Assembly: GCA_025360565.1 (NCBI GenBank)
Contig: JANYBY010000119.1
Location: 15,610-79,609, forward strand
DNA length: 64,000 nucleotides
Source of the DNA: Bacteroidota bacterium
Lineage (GTDB): Bacteria > Bacteroidota > Bacteroidia > B-17B0 > Aurantibacillaceae
Direction: 5' to 3'
How positions within the stretch are numbered: position 1 is the first letter of the stretch; every line of letters starts with the position of its first letter. Both the position numbers and the translations under genes were made by a program. Positions 27,320 through 36,798 of this stretch are shown one piece after another. Below the pieces are notes generated by a model. The model searched no databases, was not told the DNA's origin, and saw nothing but the letters and a program-made list of their open reading frames with translations.

Positions 27320-29572
27320 ATGAAGAAATATTTGTTAGCATTTACTTGTATTTTGCTTACACAAGATTGGTACGCACAGCTGTTTGTTGCCCGCGATACT
27401 ATAAGTGTGATAGAAAATGGCTATGTTTTAAAAATGCCTTGGGCTAACGGACTTAATTTTACCAACGTTTCAAACATTGATCTGAATTTAGACGGAAAAA
27501 AAGATATAGTTGCTTTTGATAAGATCAACCAATTCAGCGTTGGGCGTTTCAGGTGTTTTATTAATACCGGCGTTTTGTTAGCAGGGCAAACTACTTATTC
27601 GGCTAATCCCGATCTGAGTTATTATTTTCCGGCAACCGCTAACTGGGCGGTTTGTAAAGATTATGATTGTGATGGGAAGGAAGATCTATTTTGTTCAACC
27701 AGCGCGGGCATTATGGTTTATAGAAATGTAACTATACCCGGTGGAGCACTTACTTTTTCTTTGGCAAAACCCCTTATTAATGATAACTCCATTCCACCCG
27801 CCAATATTTATGCGGCATCAAATGCGGTACCGGGTATTGTGGATATTGATAACGACGGCGACCTGGATATTTTAACCTTTAGCCCTGGAGGCAATTTTGT
27901 AGAATACTACAAGAATCTAAGTAAGGAAACCTACAGCATTTGCGACAGCTTAAATACATTTACGCGAGTTACCGGCTGTTGGGGTAGTATTATTGAATAC
28001 TTCTGCGGTATAAGTCTTAACCAGATATGCGGCTATAAACCCGGCGGAGGAAACGAGGACCCTTTACCAGATCAAAATAGCTTACACTCGGGCTCTTGTT
28101 TAACTTGTTTGGATAGTGACGGGGACCAGGACCAGGATCTTATTATGGGCGATATTTCCTGTAACGTTGTTCAATTCGCGCTTAATGGCGGCACTTCTTT
28201 TTCGGCTAATATTGTTGATACCACAAGGCTTTATCCTAACTTTCCGAACAAAGCAAGCACACAGCAAATTAAATTAAATAATTTTCCATGCGCTTATTAT
28301 GTAGAGGTGAGCGGCGACACTAAAAAAGATCTGATCGCTACTCCTAATATGAATGGCAGCGAAAATTACCAAAGCGTTTGGTATTATAAAAACACAAGTT
28401 TAACCAATACAGTTAACTTTCAATTTGTAAAAAAGAATTTTTTGCAGGATGAAATGATAGAGGTCGGACAAAATTCTTTTCCCGTTTTATTTGATTACGA
28501 TAGCGACGGTAAAAAAGATCTGCTGATAGGCACTTATGGTTATTATAATATAAATACCTTAAACGCGCAATTAACCTTGTACAAAAACACCGGCACCGCA
28601 GCCCAGCCAAGTTACTCGCTCATCACAAGAGATTACGCGAATGTATTGGCGCAAAATTTAAACAACGTTATTCCAACCGTTGGAGATCTTGATAACGACG
28701 GCGATGTAGATATTGTACTGGGCACACAAACAGGGCAATTTCATTGGCTTAAAAATACAGCCGGGGTGGGCGTACCCGCAACCTTTACATACATAAGTAA
28801 CGCCTTTAGTTTGGCTACAAGCCCTACAAGCGTTGCCCCGCCTGCCGCTGCGGCCCCTCAGTTATTTGATATTGATAAAGATGGAAAACTGGACCTGATG
28901 ATAGGCGGGAAGAACGGAAGAATTTGGTTCTACAAAAACATTGGCACGCCAACTGTACCTCAGTTTACATTTGTTACAAGTAGTTTTGGGGGCGTAAACG
29001 TACAAGGTGCTTCTAATTTATACGGGCCCGATGGTTATGCGTCTCCGTTTTTTTACGACGATGCCGGCACCACAAAATTATTGTGCGGTTCGGTTACCGG
29101 ATTGATCAGTTATTATTCGGTCCCATCCTATAGCGTTAATTGCAATTTAATTAATGCCACTGCTAATGGCTTTAACGAAGGTGCCCAATCGGTGCCGTAT
29201 TTTGAAGATGTAAATAACGATGGCAAGCGCGATCTATTTGTTGGCAATGGCGGCGGCGGTTTAAGCTTTTTCTCTTCAAAAGGTCCCGATGTTGGAATAG
29301 AAGAAATAATGCAGAAAAAAAACGAACTTATTTTGTTATTTCCAAATCCTGTAAAACAAACTTTAAATATTACAGTTGATAAAATAGAAGTTGAAAATGG
29401 CACCGTAACCATTACCGATATTTTAGGAAAAGAAATTTTCGCAAAAAACATAAAGTTAAATTCAGAAACAATTGATGTGAATGAATTACAGCCCGGAATT
29501 TATTTTGTAAAAATTATTATTAGTAACAAAGAGCAAACCCTTAGCGTTGTTAAAAAAATAATTAAAGAGTAA
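27320..29572 (+). CDS. FG-GAP/VCBS repeat protein with T9SS type A CTD
   Basis: About 9 DxDxDGxxD-type repeats; CTD 'LFPNPV...DILGK...L..GIYFVKI...KKIIKE'. Confidence 0.9.
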   Translation: MKKYLLAFTCILLTQDWYAQLFVARDTISVIENGYVLKMPWANGLNFTNVSNIDLNLDGKKDIVAFDKINQFSVGRFRCFINTGVLLAGQTTYSANPDLSYYFPATANWAVCKDYDCDGKEDLFCSTSAGIMVYRNVTIPGGALTFSLAKPLINDNSIPPANIYAASNAVPGIVDIDNDGDLDILTFSPGGNFVEYYKNLSKETYSICDSLNTFTRVTGCWGSIIEYFCGISLNQICGYKPGGGNEDPLPDQNSLHSGSCLTCLDSDGDQDQDLIMGDISCNVVQFALNGGTSFSANIVDTTRLYPNFPNKASTQQIKLNNFPCAYYVEVSGDTKKDLIATPNMNGSENYQSVWYYKNTSLTNTVNFQFVKKNFLQDEMIEVGQNSFPVLFDYDSDGKKDLLIGTYGYYNINTLNAQLTLYKNTGTAAQPSYSLITRDYANVLAQNLNNVIPTVGDLDNDGDVDIVLGTQTGQFHWLKNTAGVGVPATFTYISNAFSLATSPTSVAPPAAAAPQLFDIDKDGKLDLMIGGKNGRIWFYKNIGTPTVPQFTFVTSSFGGVNVQGASNLYGPDGYASPFFYDDAGTTKLLCGSVTGLISYYSVPSYSVNCNLINATANGFNEGAQSVPYFEDVNNDGKRDLFVGNGGGGLSFFSSKGPDVGIEEIMQKKNELILLFPNPVKQTLNITVDKIEVENGTVTITDILGKEIFAKNIKLNSETIDVNELQPGIYFVKIIISNKEQTLSVVKKIIKE

Positions 29573-29577
29573 ACGGT

Positions 29578-29619
29578 GGTTGAGCTTGTGGCAGCTGAGC
29601 TTGTCGAAGCGCCGAAACC
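29578..29619. repeat. Nested REP-like elements
   Basis: GGTTGAGCTTGT|CGAAACC is interrupted by a 23-bp insert containing GCTGAGCTTGTCGAAGC. Confidence 0.55.
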
Positions 29620-29810
29620 ATAATATAACAAAACCGTTTTGATGTTAAAGAATTATAGAACTCAAAAAACATATTTGCCCTTTATTTTTTAGTAAAAAAA
29701 GCACTTGCGGCACATTTTTTTTAATACTTTTTTCTTTTCTTTTTCCTTCCTGTTCTAAAAAAGTAGGCAATGTTGTTTATGGGGAATATCCACACGAGAT
29801 CGGAAAAATA

Positions 29811-31148
29811 ATGGTGAACAAGTGCGCTACCAGCGGATGCCATAATGATAAAAGTTATTTGGCCGCTTCAGAATATAATATGACCACCTGGCAAAAATCT
29901 TTTGAAGGAAGTAATAATGGTTCGCCAATAATCCCCTACAGTAGCAAATTTTCTTCGCTGTGCAGTTTTATAAATACGTATTCCGATCTGGGATTGCAAA
30001 ACACCCCGAGCATGCCCCTGTCTAAAACCCCACTTACGCACGATGAGGTTGTATTAATAAAAGATTGGATAGACGCGGGCGCGCCGGATATAAATGGCAA
30101 CGTAATGTGGGGCGATGATCCTTTACGAAAAAAATTGTACGCTACCAATCAGGGTTGTGGTGTGGTTACCGTGTTTGACAGTGAGACGCAGCTTCCAATA
30201 AGATATATTGAAGTGGGAAAAAAAGGAGGCAAGGATACACCGCATCAGATAAGGGTTTCGCCCGATGGTAAATATTGGTATGTTATTTTTATTGCGAGCA
30301 ACCTAATGGAAAAACACCGCTGCAGCGATGACGCTTTTGTAGCAAATATTCCATTAACACCTCTTGCAGCGGGCACAAGTACTGATCCGGCAAATAATGC
30401 TACCAACTGGAATACGTTTATTATTACCAAAGATGGTAAGCGCGCATACTGCGCTTCCTTGTCCGGCTTTCTTTCAGCGGTTGATCTTGAAAATGAAAAA
30501 TTTCTAAATTTTACCGCGGCCGGCAGTTCGCCGCATGGCTGTGCTTTGAGCGCGGATGAAAGTATATTATATGTTGGCGCGCAAACTGCCAATTATGTCA
30601 GCGCGTGGTTAACGGATTTCAGTAACTACAATCCGATTTCTTTAGATGGCGCAAGCCCTTCTCCGACTTTGAGTATTCACGATATTGTTTTATCACAAAA
30701 CGGAACAGACCTGTATGTAACCTGCCAGGGAAGCAACGATGTAAGAATTTTGAATACTTTAACAAATTCGGTAACCATTATTCCTGTAGGCGTTTTTCCG
30801 CAAGAGATAGTTTATTCAAAAAATAAAAAGCAATATTTTGTCAGCTGCCCTGAAGACGCGACAACGTTTCCGGGTTCAAAAGGGGTGATCACAAGAATTG
30901 ATGAAATGACCAATACTCCAACAACTATAAAGTGCGGGTATCAGCCCCACGGCGTTGCGGTAGATGAAAATAAAAATTTATTATATGTATTGTCGCGCAA
31001 TATTTTAACCTCCGGTCCATTGCCGCACCATTCCAGCGTTTGCGGAAGAAATGGCTTTGTAAATTTTATTGATCTGAATACTTTTACTGTTTTACCAAAA
31101 AAATACGAGATGAGTTCCGATCCATACTTTATATTTGCTAGACCCTAA
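29811..31148 (+). CDS. YncE/YVTN-type beta-propeller protein with N-terminal cytochrome-c-like domain (probable lipoprotein; true start upstream)
   Basis: CATSGCH heme-like motif, 'MP....L...LIKDWIDAGA', propeller repeats (PHQIRVSPDGK, PHGCALSAD, PHGVAVD). The frame is open upstream and encodes FFLILFSFLFPSC. Confidence 0.75.
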   Translation: MVNKCATSGCHNDKSYLAASEYNMTTWQKSFEGSNNGSPIIPYSSKFSSLCSFINTYSDLGLQNTPSMPLSKTPLTHDEVVLIKDWIDAGAPDINGNVMWGDDPLRKKLYATNQGCGVVTVFDSETQLPIRYIEVGKKGGKDTPHQIRVSPDGKYWYVIFIASNLMEKHRCSDDAFVANIPLTPLAAGTSTDPANNATNWNTFIITKDGKRAYCASLSGFLSAVDLENEKFLNFTAAGSSPHGCALSADESILYVGAQTANYVSAWLTDFSNYNPISLDGASPSPTLSIHDIVLSQNGTDLYVTCQGSNDVRILNTLTNSVTIIPVGVFPQEIVYSKNKKQYFVSCPEDATTFPGSKGVITRIDEMTNTPTTIKCGYQPHGVAVDENKNLLYVLSRNILTSGPLPHHSSVCGRNGFVNFIDLNTFTVLPKKYEMSSDPYFIFARP

Positions 31149-31567
31149 TGGAAATAAATGAATTACTGACCAAACAACCCATTTTATTAATAGATGGAGA
31201 ATGCGGATTTTGTAACCGCAGCGTTCAATTTTTTTTGAAGCGAGAAAAAAACAAAACAATGCATTTTGCACCCTTAACATCGCAAGTGGGGTTAGACCTG
31301 AGAGCCTATTTTGAAATAGACCCGAAAATAGACAGCATCATTTTAATAAAAGATTATTCGGCCTATATAAAATCATGCGCGGCATTGCGCTTAACCTTGT
31401 ACATGAAAGGCTTGTGGCCAATGATGACGGTTTTTTTGGTGATCCCTCCTTTTTTACGCAACATGGTTTACGATATGATCGCTAAACGAAGAATGAAAAT
31501 TTTCGGGCGGGTGGAAAGTTGCTCACTGATCCCGAAAGAAGATAGGGTGAGATTTTTGGATCTGTGA
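31148..31567 (+). CDS. DCC1-like (DUF393) thiol-disulfide oxidoreductase
   Basis: 'LLIDGECGFCN' and 'RNMVYDMIAKRR..FGR...C'; TAATG overlap with the upstream gene. Confidence 0.9.
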   Translation: MEINELLTKQPILLIDGECGFCNRSVQFFLKREKNKTMHFAPLTSQVGLDLRAYFEIDPKIDSIILIKDYSAYIKSCAALRLTLYMKGLWPMMTVFLVIPPFLRNMVYDMIAKRRMKIFGRVESCSLIPKEDRVRFLDL

Positions 31568-31676
31568 CAAAACCATAGCGCACGGATTTTCTTCCCGTTG
31601 CTTTTTTTACAGGAAATAGTTTTATTACCATTAAACTATTTACTCTTTTCGAAGTCAAAACAAAAACTATTTAAAA

Positions 31677-32459
31677 ATGAAAACAAAACTTACACTTATC
31701 AGTGCCTTGGCATTGAGTATTATTTTAACATCTTGTAAAAAACCGGATGCAGGCCCACAAGGCACTACAGGCGATCCCGGTCCGGCAGGCCCTGTATTAA
31801 CAGGCAATTTAAAGGGCTTTGTAAGCCATTATGATCTTTCAGGTACAAAAATCACCACAAATTTAGCTTCCGATACTGTTTCAATTGATGGTAGCGGCCA
31901 GGTTGCTTATACAGATGCGAACGGAGAATTTACCTTTTCGGGTTTAACAACGGGGGTTTACAATTTAACTGTTAAACGCGGTGGTTATGGCACAAATAAA
32001 ATTCAGAGCGTGCAATTTACCGGTGGCGGCGATACGTATCGCAACACGAATATTTCAAAAACTCCAACTACAAATGTTACCTCATTAATGGCATATGATA
32101 CGGTAATAAGTACCGTAAACTATATTCGTGTAAGAGGCGTGGTGCCTGCAACACCATACGTTCAAAGCGTTATTGTTTATGTTGGAAATCCCGGAAATGT
32201 TGCGGTAAATTCCGGCTCAGCTAATCAAAGTAATTTTTATGTTATAAATGTCGCGGTGAACGGAACCGGATTTAATAAAAATATACCTACCGCAGATTTT
32301 TATGATTTGGGATACACCTCAACGAACACTGCTTACTTTGCGGCATATACAATTGGGGGTAACACGAATGCGTCCAGTTACGCTGATCTGTCAAATAACA
32401 AAACAATTTTTACAGCGCTTGGTTCAACTGCGGTTTTAGCGAATGCGCCGGTTCAATAA
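31677..32459 (+). CDS. Lipoprotein with short collagen-like repeat and carboxypeptidase-regulatory-like domain
   Basis: Lipobox LTSC; five G-X-Y triplets (GPQGTTGDPGPAGPV); 'TDANGEFTFSGL..G.Y.L.V...GY'. Confidence 0.75.
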   Translation: MKTKLTLISALALSIILTSCKKPDAGPQGTTGDPGPAGPVLTGNLKGFVSHYDLSGTKITTNLASDTVSIDGSGQVAYTDANGEFTFSGLTTGVYNLTVKRGGYGTNKIQSVQFTGGGDTYRNTNISKTPTTNVTSLMAYDTVISTVNYIRVRGVVPATPYVQSVIVYVGNPGNVAVNSGSANQSNFYVINVAVNGTGFNKNIPTADFYDLGYTSTNTAYFAAYTIGGNTNASSYADLSNNKTIFTALGSTAVLANAPVQ

Positions 32460-32478
32460 ATGATCTTGATATAAAATA

Positions 32479-32507
32479 AAAAACGGCAGACACTGTCTGC
32501 CGTTTTT
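32479..32507. terminator. Bidirectional intrinsic terminator
   Basis: AAAAA-CGGCAGAC-ACT-GTCTGCCG-TTTTT between convergent genes. Confidence 0.85.
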
Positions 32508-32515
32508 ATTAGATA

Positions 32516-33724
32516 TTATTCTTTCAGGATCTTTTTAGTTTCAATCAGTTTTTCTTCCGAAAAAAATCTCAGAAAATAGATTCCTTTTTCGAGATGAGAA
32601 ATATTTATTTTTTTATCAATAAAGGAATCAAAATTAGTTTCGAAAACAATTTGCCCAAGCAGATCAACCAGTTCTACTTTGCAATTTGTATTGTTGTAGG
32701 AATAATTTACAATTAAAACATCGGCGCATGGATTCGGAAAAATTGAAAAAGTAGCTTTGTTCTCATTTTCGCGGAAGCCCGCGAGTATATCCAGCACCCA
32801 GGTTTCTTTTACTCTTGTAACAGCCGTAACACCGCAGCTGTAATAAAAATTATTTCCGTTTGAACAACACATCCCACCCTTTCTGCCAAATGAGGGTAAA
32901 ACGGGGCCGGCCGAAAACGTATTTGTTGCATCGTCAAAGAACCAGCAATCGTTATGGTAATTATCCAGCGTATCAATACCCCCAAGCAAAACCAATTTAT
33001 TACCGGCGTTTTGCATACCCACATAATACCTTCCTTTGGGCTGCGGAAAATCGGTTACCTTAGTCCAGTTATCGGTACTTTGGCTGTATTTATAAATTTC
33101 TTTTCTAATGGAGCCGGCATTATCTTTTCCAAACATAACATAACCCACGCCGTTTAATGTTGCCGCGCTTGCCCGCCAGCGCCCGCCAAAAGGAAAATTA
33201 TTTTTTTGTGTCCATACATTGGTAATCATATCGTATTCCCACACTTCATCGCTTACCGTGCCGCTTGCAAACCGTCCGCTAAAAACATATGCTTTAGTAT
33301 TTAATGTAAAACTGCTGGCGGCCATTACCGCGCTTCCGGGTTTTGGTGCAACTGTTGTCCATGTATTTGTGGTAACGTCATAACGATAAGTATCGCTGAA
33401 AAGGAGTGCCCCGCTGCCTGAGCCTCCGTGTACAAATAAACAATTAGAATAAGTAAAAGCCACGGCGTATTGCCTTTCAGCGCCTGCGGGCATGGATGCA
33501 ACGGCTGTCCATGTGTTTGTGACAAGATCAAGCGCGTAAAAATCACCGCCCAAAGTAAAACCTGTTCTTAATCCCGAACCAAAATACGCTTTGTTATTTA
33601 TGGTTTTTGCAACACCGTCATCTCTTTCTAAAGCAGGCAGATCGGGCAATTGCGACCATACTTGCGCAAACGCGAAATTTGCAAACGAGGCAAAAAAACA
33701 GAATAATTTTATTTTATCGAACAC
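32516..33724 (-). CDS. Kelch-repeat protein with T9SS type A CTD
   Basis: Repeats with GG...Y/F..D...NTW spacing; CTD 'IFPNPC...DLLGQ...GIYF...KKILKE'. Confidence 0.88.
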   Translation of the reverse strand: MFDKIKLFCFFASFANFAFAQVWSQLPDLPALERDDGVAKTINNKAYFGSGLRTGFTLGGDFYALDLVTNTWTAVASMPAGAERQYAVAFTYSNCLFVHGGSGSGALLFSDTYRYDVTTNTWTTVAPKPGSAVMAASSFTLNTKAYVFSGRFASGTVSDEVWEYDMITNVWTQKNNFPFGGRWRASAATLNGVGYVMFGKDNAGSIRKEIYKYSQSTDNWTKVTDFPQPKGRYYVGMQNAGNKLVLLGGIDTLDNYHNDCWFFDDATNTFSAGPVLPSFGRKGGMCCSNGNNFYYSCGVTAVTRVKETWVLDILAGFRENENKATFSIFPNPCADVLIVNYSYNNTNCKVELVDLLGQIVFETNFDSFIDKKINISHLEKGIYFLRFFSEEKLIETKKILKE

Positions 33725-33749
33725 TTTTTTTAACAGGAAAATTCAATAA

Positions 33750-36017
33750 TTATTGTTTTACTACCACCAATTTTTTTTGTTCAAAGATCTTATCGTTTTT
33801 GTTGATGGTAACGATGTAAACGCCCTCATTAAAATTTGTTGTTTCAATCACGTTTAAAAAATTAGCGTTTATGGTTCCATTTTTAATTACTTTACCAAGC
33901 ACATCCATAATGGAATAAGTTACTTCGCCCAGATCGGAACCATTGTAAAGAATAGTGAAATCGGTATTCGCGGGATTTGGATAAATGGCTAGTTTATTTG
34001 TTTCAAAAACACTTCCCGCAGAAATTATTCCCGACCAATGACTATTGTTACAAACCGAAGCGTCTAATGAAGTTACAATGGCGCCATCTGTAATGTTTAC
34101 AATGCCACCTTCCAACACGGTTAAATTTGTTTCAATGCCTGTTGCTTTGCTATCGAAAAATCGAATACTTGTGTTTTGCCCGGCAATGGTTAATACTACA
34201 CCGGAATGTACAATCACTTTTCCTAAAACATTTTGCGAGCTGTTCCATAATGTATTGGATGTAATATCCATTACATATTGCGGCCCGGCGGTATAAGTGG
34301 TGTGCGTAAAACAATCGTTATAAACTTTGGCCAAATAATTATCATCAAAGTTAGCGCTCGAATTTCCGCTGATAACATAACCGCCCGCTTGCGCCTCAGT
34401 AATTTTATATAAACATTCCTGACGTTTTAAATCACCGGGTTCGGTTTGCCTTGCCCTGTTATCTTCCACATCAAATGTTTTACTCCACTGCGTGCTGCCG
34501 TTTGAAAAATATTTTACGATCAGCGCATCGGTATCCCAATCTTCAAATTGCAGATCGGGACAGCCGGCTAAATAACCTAATTCTATTTGGGTTGGCGGCG
34601 CGTGGTTTGATGTAGGCGGCCGTGTGGTACTTACTGCAACAAAACCACCGTCGGAAGTTTCTTCAACGCCTATTCTCAGGTCGAACGCGTGAATAGGGCC
34701 CATGGGCGAAGGATTTATTCCATCGGCAGCAAGCAAACCGTTAGTATTTATTCGGTAAACAAAACCATTAGCCGAATTATTTCCCGCATGGGCGCAAGTA
34801 TTGCAATCTTTGATTATGGGTACCAGTAATTGTTTTAAACCTTTGTGGTATTTAATTTCGGATATTGTTGAATTAAAATATTGCGGACCAAAGCCCCGAA
34901 GACAGATTGGATTTGAAGGCCAGGTCGAACTAATATTAAAATCATGATCGATGTTCCAGATGTAAGCGTAATTATTATCGTTTGAATTTGTGTTACCAAA
35001 ATAGCAAGTGGTGGCAACTGCATAATTACCTGTTTCATCCATTTCAATTAAAGAATGGCCAATTCCGCCATCTGCATAGCCGTTTATGGAATTTGTGATG
35101 GGTACAAATCCGTTCTGATTCAAGGGCAGCGATAATTTTTTAACCAAATAACCTGTTGAGGGATCTATCTCTAAAAGTAAAGGAAAACCCGCGCTATTAG
35201 CATTAGAAACTGTTTGACCAAATCCTGTAACTATCAAATTACCATTTGAACTTTTAATAATATCGTAACCATAACTTATGCATTCATATGCTGCCAAAGG
35301 AGAGTTTGTGTAATCAAGATAACCGTATAAAGCCTGCCAAACAATAACGCCATCGCTCCGAATTTTTGCAACATATAAATGACTCACGTCATTTTTATAA
35401 CCGGGAGTAACATTAAGATGCGAAAGTGAAAAATTATCGTTTGGATTAGAAGAGGTAGGATTATAACGCAAAAAATTAATTTTATCGCTATAAGGTTTAA
35501 CGCCAAGATGGGCACCTACGACATAAAAATAATCGGGATTAACCGGGTCCTGTATTACTTCTTCGAGAGCGCCAATTGTTTTTGATTTGCAGTAGATCAT
35601 GTTCCCTTGCAGATCATTTAAACCAATATTACCCCTGGCAGGTGTACGTTTTTCTCCGCTATAATCGCGGTCGCCGCAGCCGTCAATTAACGTATCATAT
35701 CTATAAACACTTGGTATTATTGGGTTGTAGGGCGAATCTAACCCTTCGTTAAAAAGTTGTTGTGCGTTGGTATAGGTATCAATTGTACTTACTAAACTTG
35801 TGTAGCCCACTGTTACATAAGAAACATGGGTGCCTTGGGCATTGTAAACATTTTTGTGGCTGTACCACCACTCTTCACCGCTTTGTTCGGCGGTTTGCGG
35901 CAATCCGTTGAGCCCCCTGGGCGAATGTGTGGTTACCCTCCATTCAATTGCCGGAGCAAGCTGGGCTTTTAAAGACCCCGAAAAAATAATGACTAAATAT
36001 AAAAGAGGGTTTTTCAA
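33750..36017 (-). CDS. Secreted hypothetical protein with T9SS type A CTD
   Basis: Signal peptide (..KAQ), propeller-like segments (DGGFVAV, GGYVISG), CTD 'IYPNPA...DVLGK...GVYIV...KKLVVVKQ'. Confidence 0.85.
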   Translation of the reverse strand: MKNPLLYLVIIFSGSLKAQLAPAIEWRVTTHSPRGLNGLPQTAEQSGEEWWYSHKNVYNAQGTHVSYVTVGYTSLVSTIDTYTNAQQLFNEGLDSPYNPIIPSVYRYDTLIDGCGDRDYSGEKRTPARGNIGLNDLQGNMIYCKSKTIGALEEVIQDPVNPDYFYVVGAHLGVKPYSDKINFLRYNPTSSNPNDNFSLSHLNVTPGYKNDVSHLYVAKIRSDGVIVWQALYGYLDYTNSPLAAYECISYGYDIIKSSNGNLIVTGFGQTVSNANSAGFPLLLEIDPSTGYLVKKLSLPLNQNGFVPITNSINGYADGGIGHSLIEMDETGNYAVATTCYFGNTNSNDNNYAYIWNIDHDFNISSTWPSNPICLRGFGPQYFNSTISEIKYHKGLKQLLVPIIKDCNTCAHAGNNSANGFVYRINTNGLLAADGINPSPMGPIHAFDLRIGVEETSDGGFVAVSTTRPPTSNHAPPTQIELGYLAGCPDLQFEDWDTDALIVKYFSNGSTQWSKTFDVEDNRARQTEPGDLKRQECLYKITEAQAGGYVISGNSSANFDDNYLAKVYNDCFTHTTYTAGPQYVMDITSNTLWNSSQNVLGKVIVHSGVVLTIAGQNTSIRFFDSKATGIETNLTVLEGGIVNITDGAIVTSLDASVCNNSHWSGIISAGSVFETNKLAIYPNPANTDFTILYNGSDLGEVTYSIMDVLGKVIKNGTINANFLNVIETTNFNEGVYIVTINKNDKIFEQKKLVVVKQ

Positions 36018-36062
36018 TTATAATTGTTTTATTAAAAATACAAAATATTTATTCCGGAACAT

Positions 36063-36093
36063 AAAAAAAGCCGCTCTTTTTTAAAGGGCGGCT
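36063..36093 (-). terminator. Intrinsic terminator after the DUF5606 gene
   Basis: Stem AGCCGC(C/T)CTTT / AAAG(A/G)GCGGCT followed by a U-tract on the - strand. Confidence 0.7.
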
Positions 36094-36115
36094 GTTAATA
36101 ATCTGCTTTAAAAAA

Positions 36116-36661
36116 TTATGCAGTTCCTGTTTTTCTTACGCCGGTTGTTTTTTTAACACCCGCTATAGCTTTGGCTTTATTAGAATCTTTGCCTGTTTTT
36201 TTAAGAGTTGCTTTCGTTTTATCATCTAAGGCTTTTGCGGCTGTTGCTTTTTCATCTCCGTCTTTCCCTTCTTCTTTTTGTTTCAAATTTCCGGTAGTTT
36301 GCAAGGTATTATACCAGGCAAAAAGTTTGCGCATATTGCTTACATAAACACGCTCTTTATCGTAATCGGGCAAAATCTCGCCAAAATACTTTTCTATCGC
36401 TTTATCGTCTTCTTTGCTGCCAATGGCGGGACCGCCTTTTTCTTTTTCAAATACTGAATTAATAATGTCTTCAATTGGCTTATCATCACCGGTTGTAAAC
36501 ATACTAATATCGCTCAAAGTGGAAACTTTGGTGCTTGAATAAATATTTAAACGTTTTTTATCGGCTAAGCCTTCAACAATAACGCCGTTTTTACTTTGGG
36601 CAACAATTTTAAATAAGCCCGGTTGCCCTGAAATGGAAATAATCCCTGTTAAATCTATCAT
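36116..36661 (-). CDS. DUF5606/DUF6852 family protein
   Basis: 'IISISGQPGLFK', 'LSDISMFT', 'LPDYD.ERVYVSNMRKLF.WYN.L'; basic low-complexity tail. Confidence 0.8.
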   Translation of the reverse strand: MIDLTGIISISGQPGLFKIVAQSKNGVIVEGLADKKRLNIYSSTKVSTLSDISMFTTGDDKPIEDIINSVFEKEKGGPAIGSKEDDKAIEKYFGEILPDYDKERVYVSNMRKLFAWYNTLQTTGNLKQKEEGKDGDEKATAAKALDDKTKATLKKTGKDSNKAKAIAGVKKTTGVRKTGTA

Positions 36662-36798
36662 AAAAATTTTATCTTTATTAGCAAATATAAGTTATTTTTC
36701 GCAATAAAAAAATGACTTTTTATTTAAGCCATATTATACATTAGGATTTTGGTTCGTAATAGAATTGCAAATGTATAATATGGGTTTACCTTGCACAA

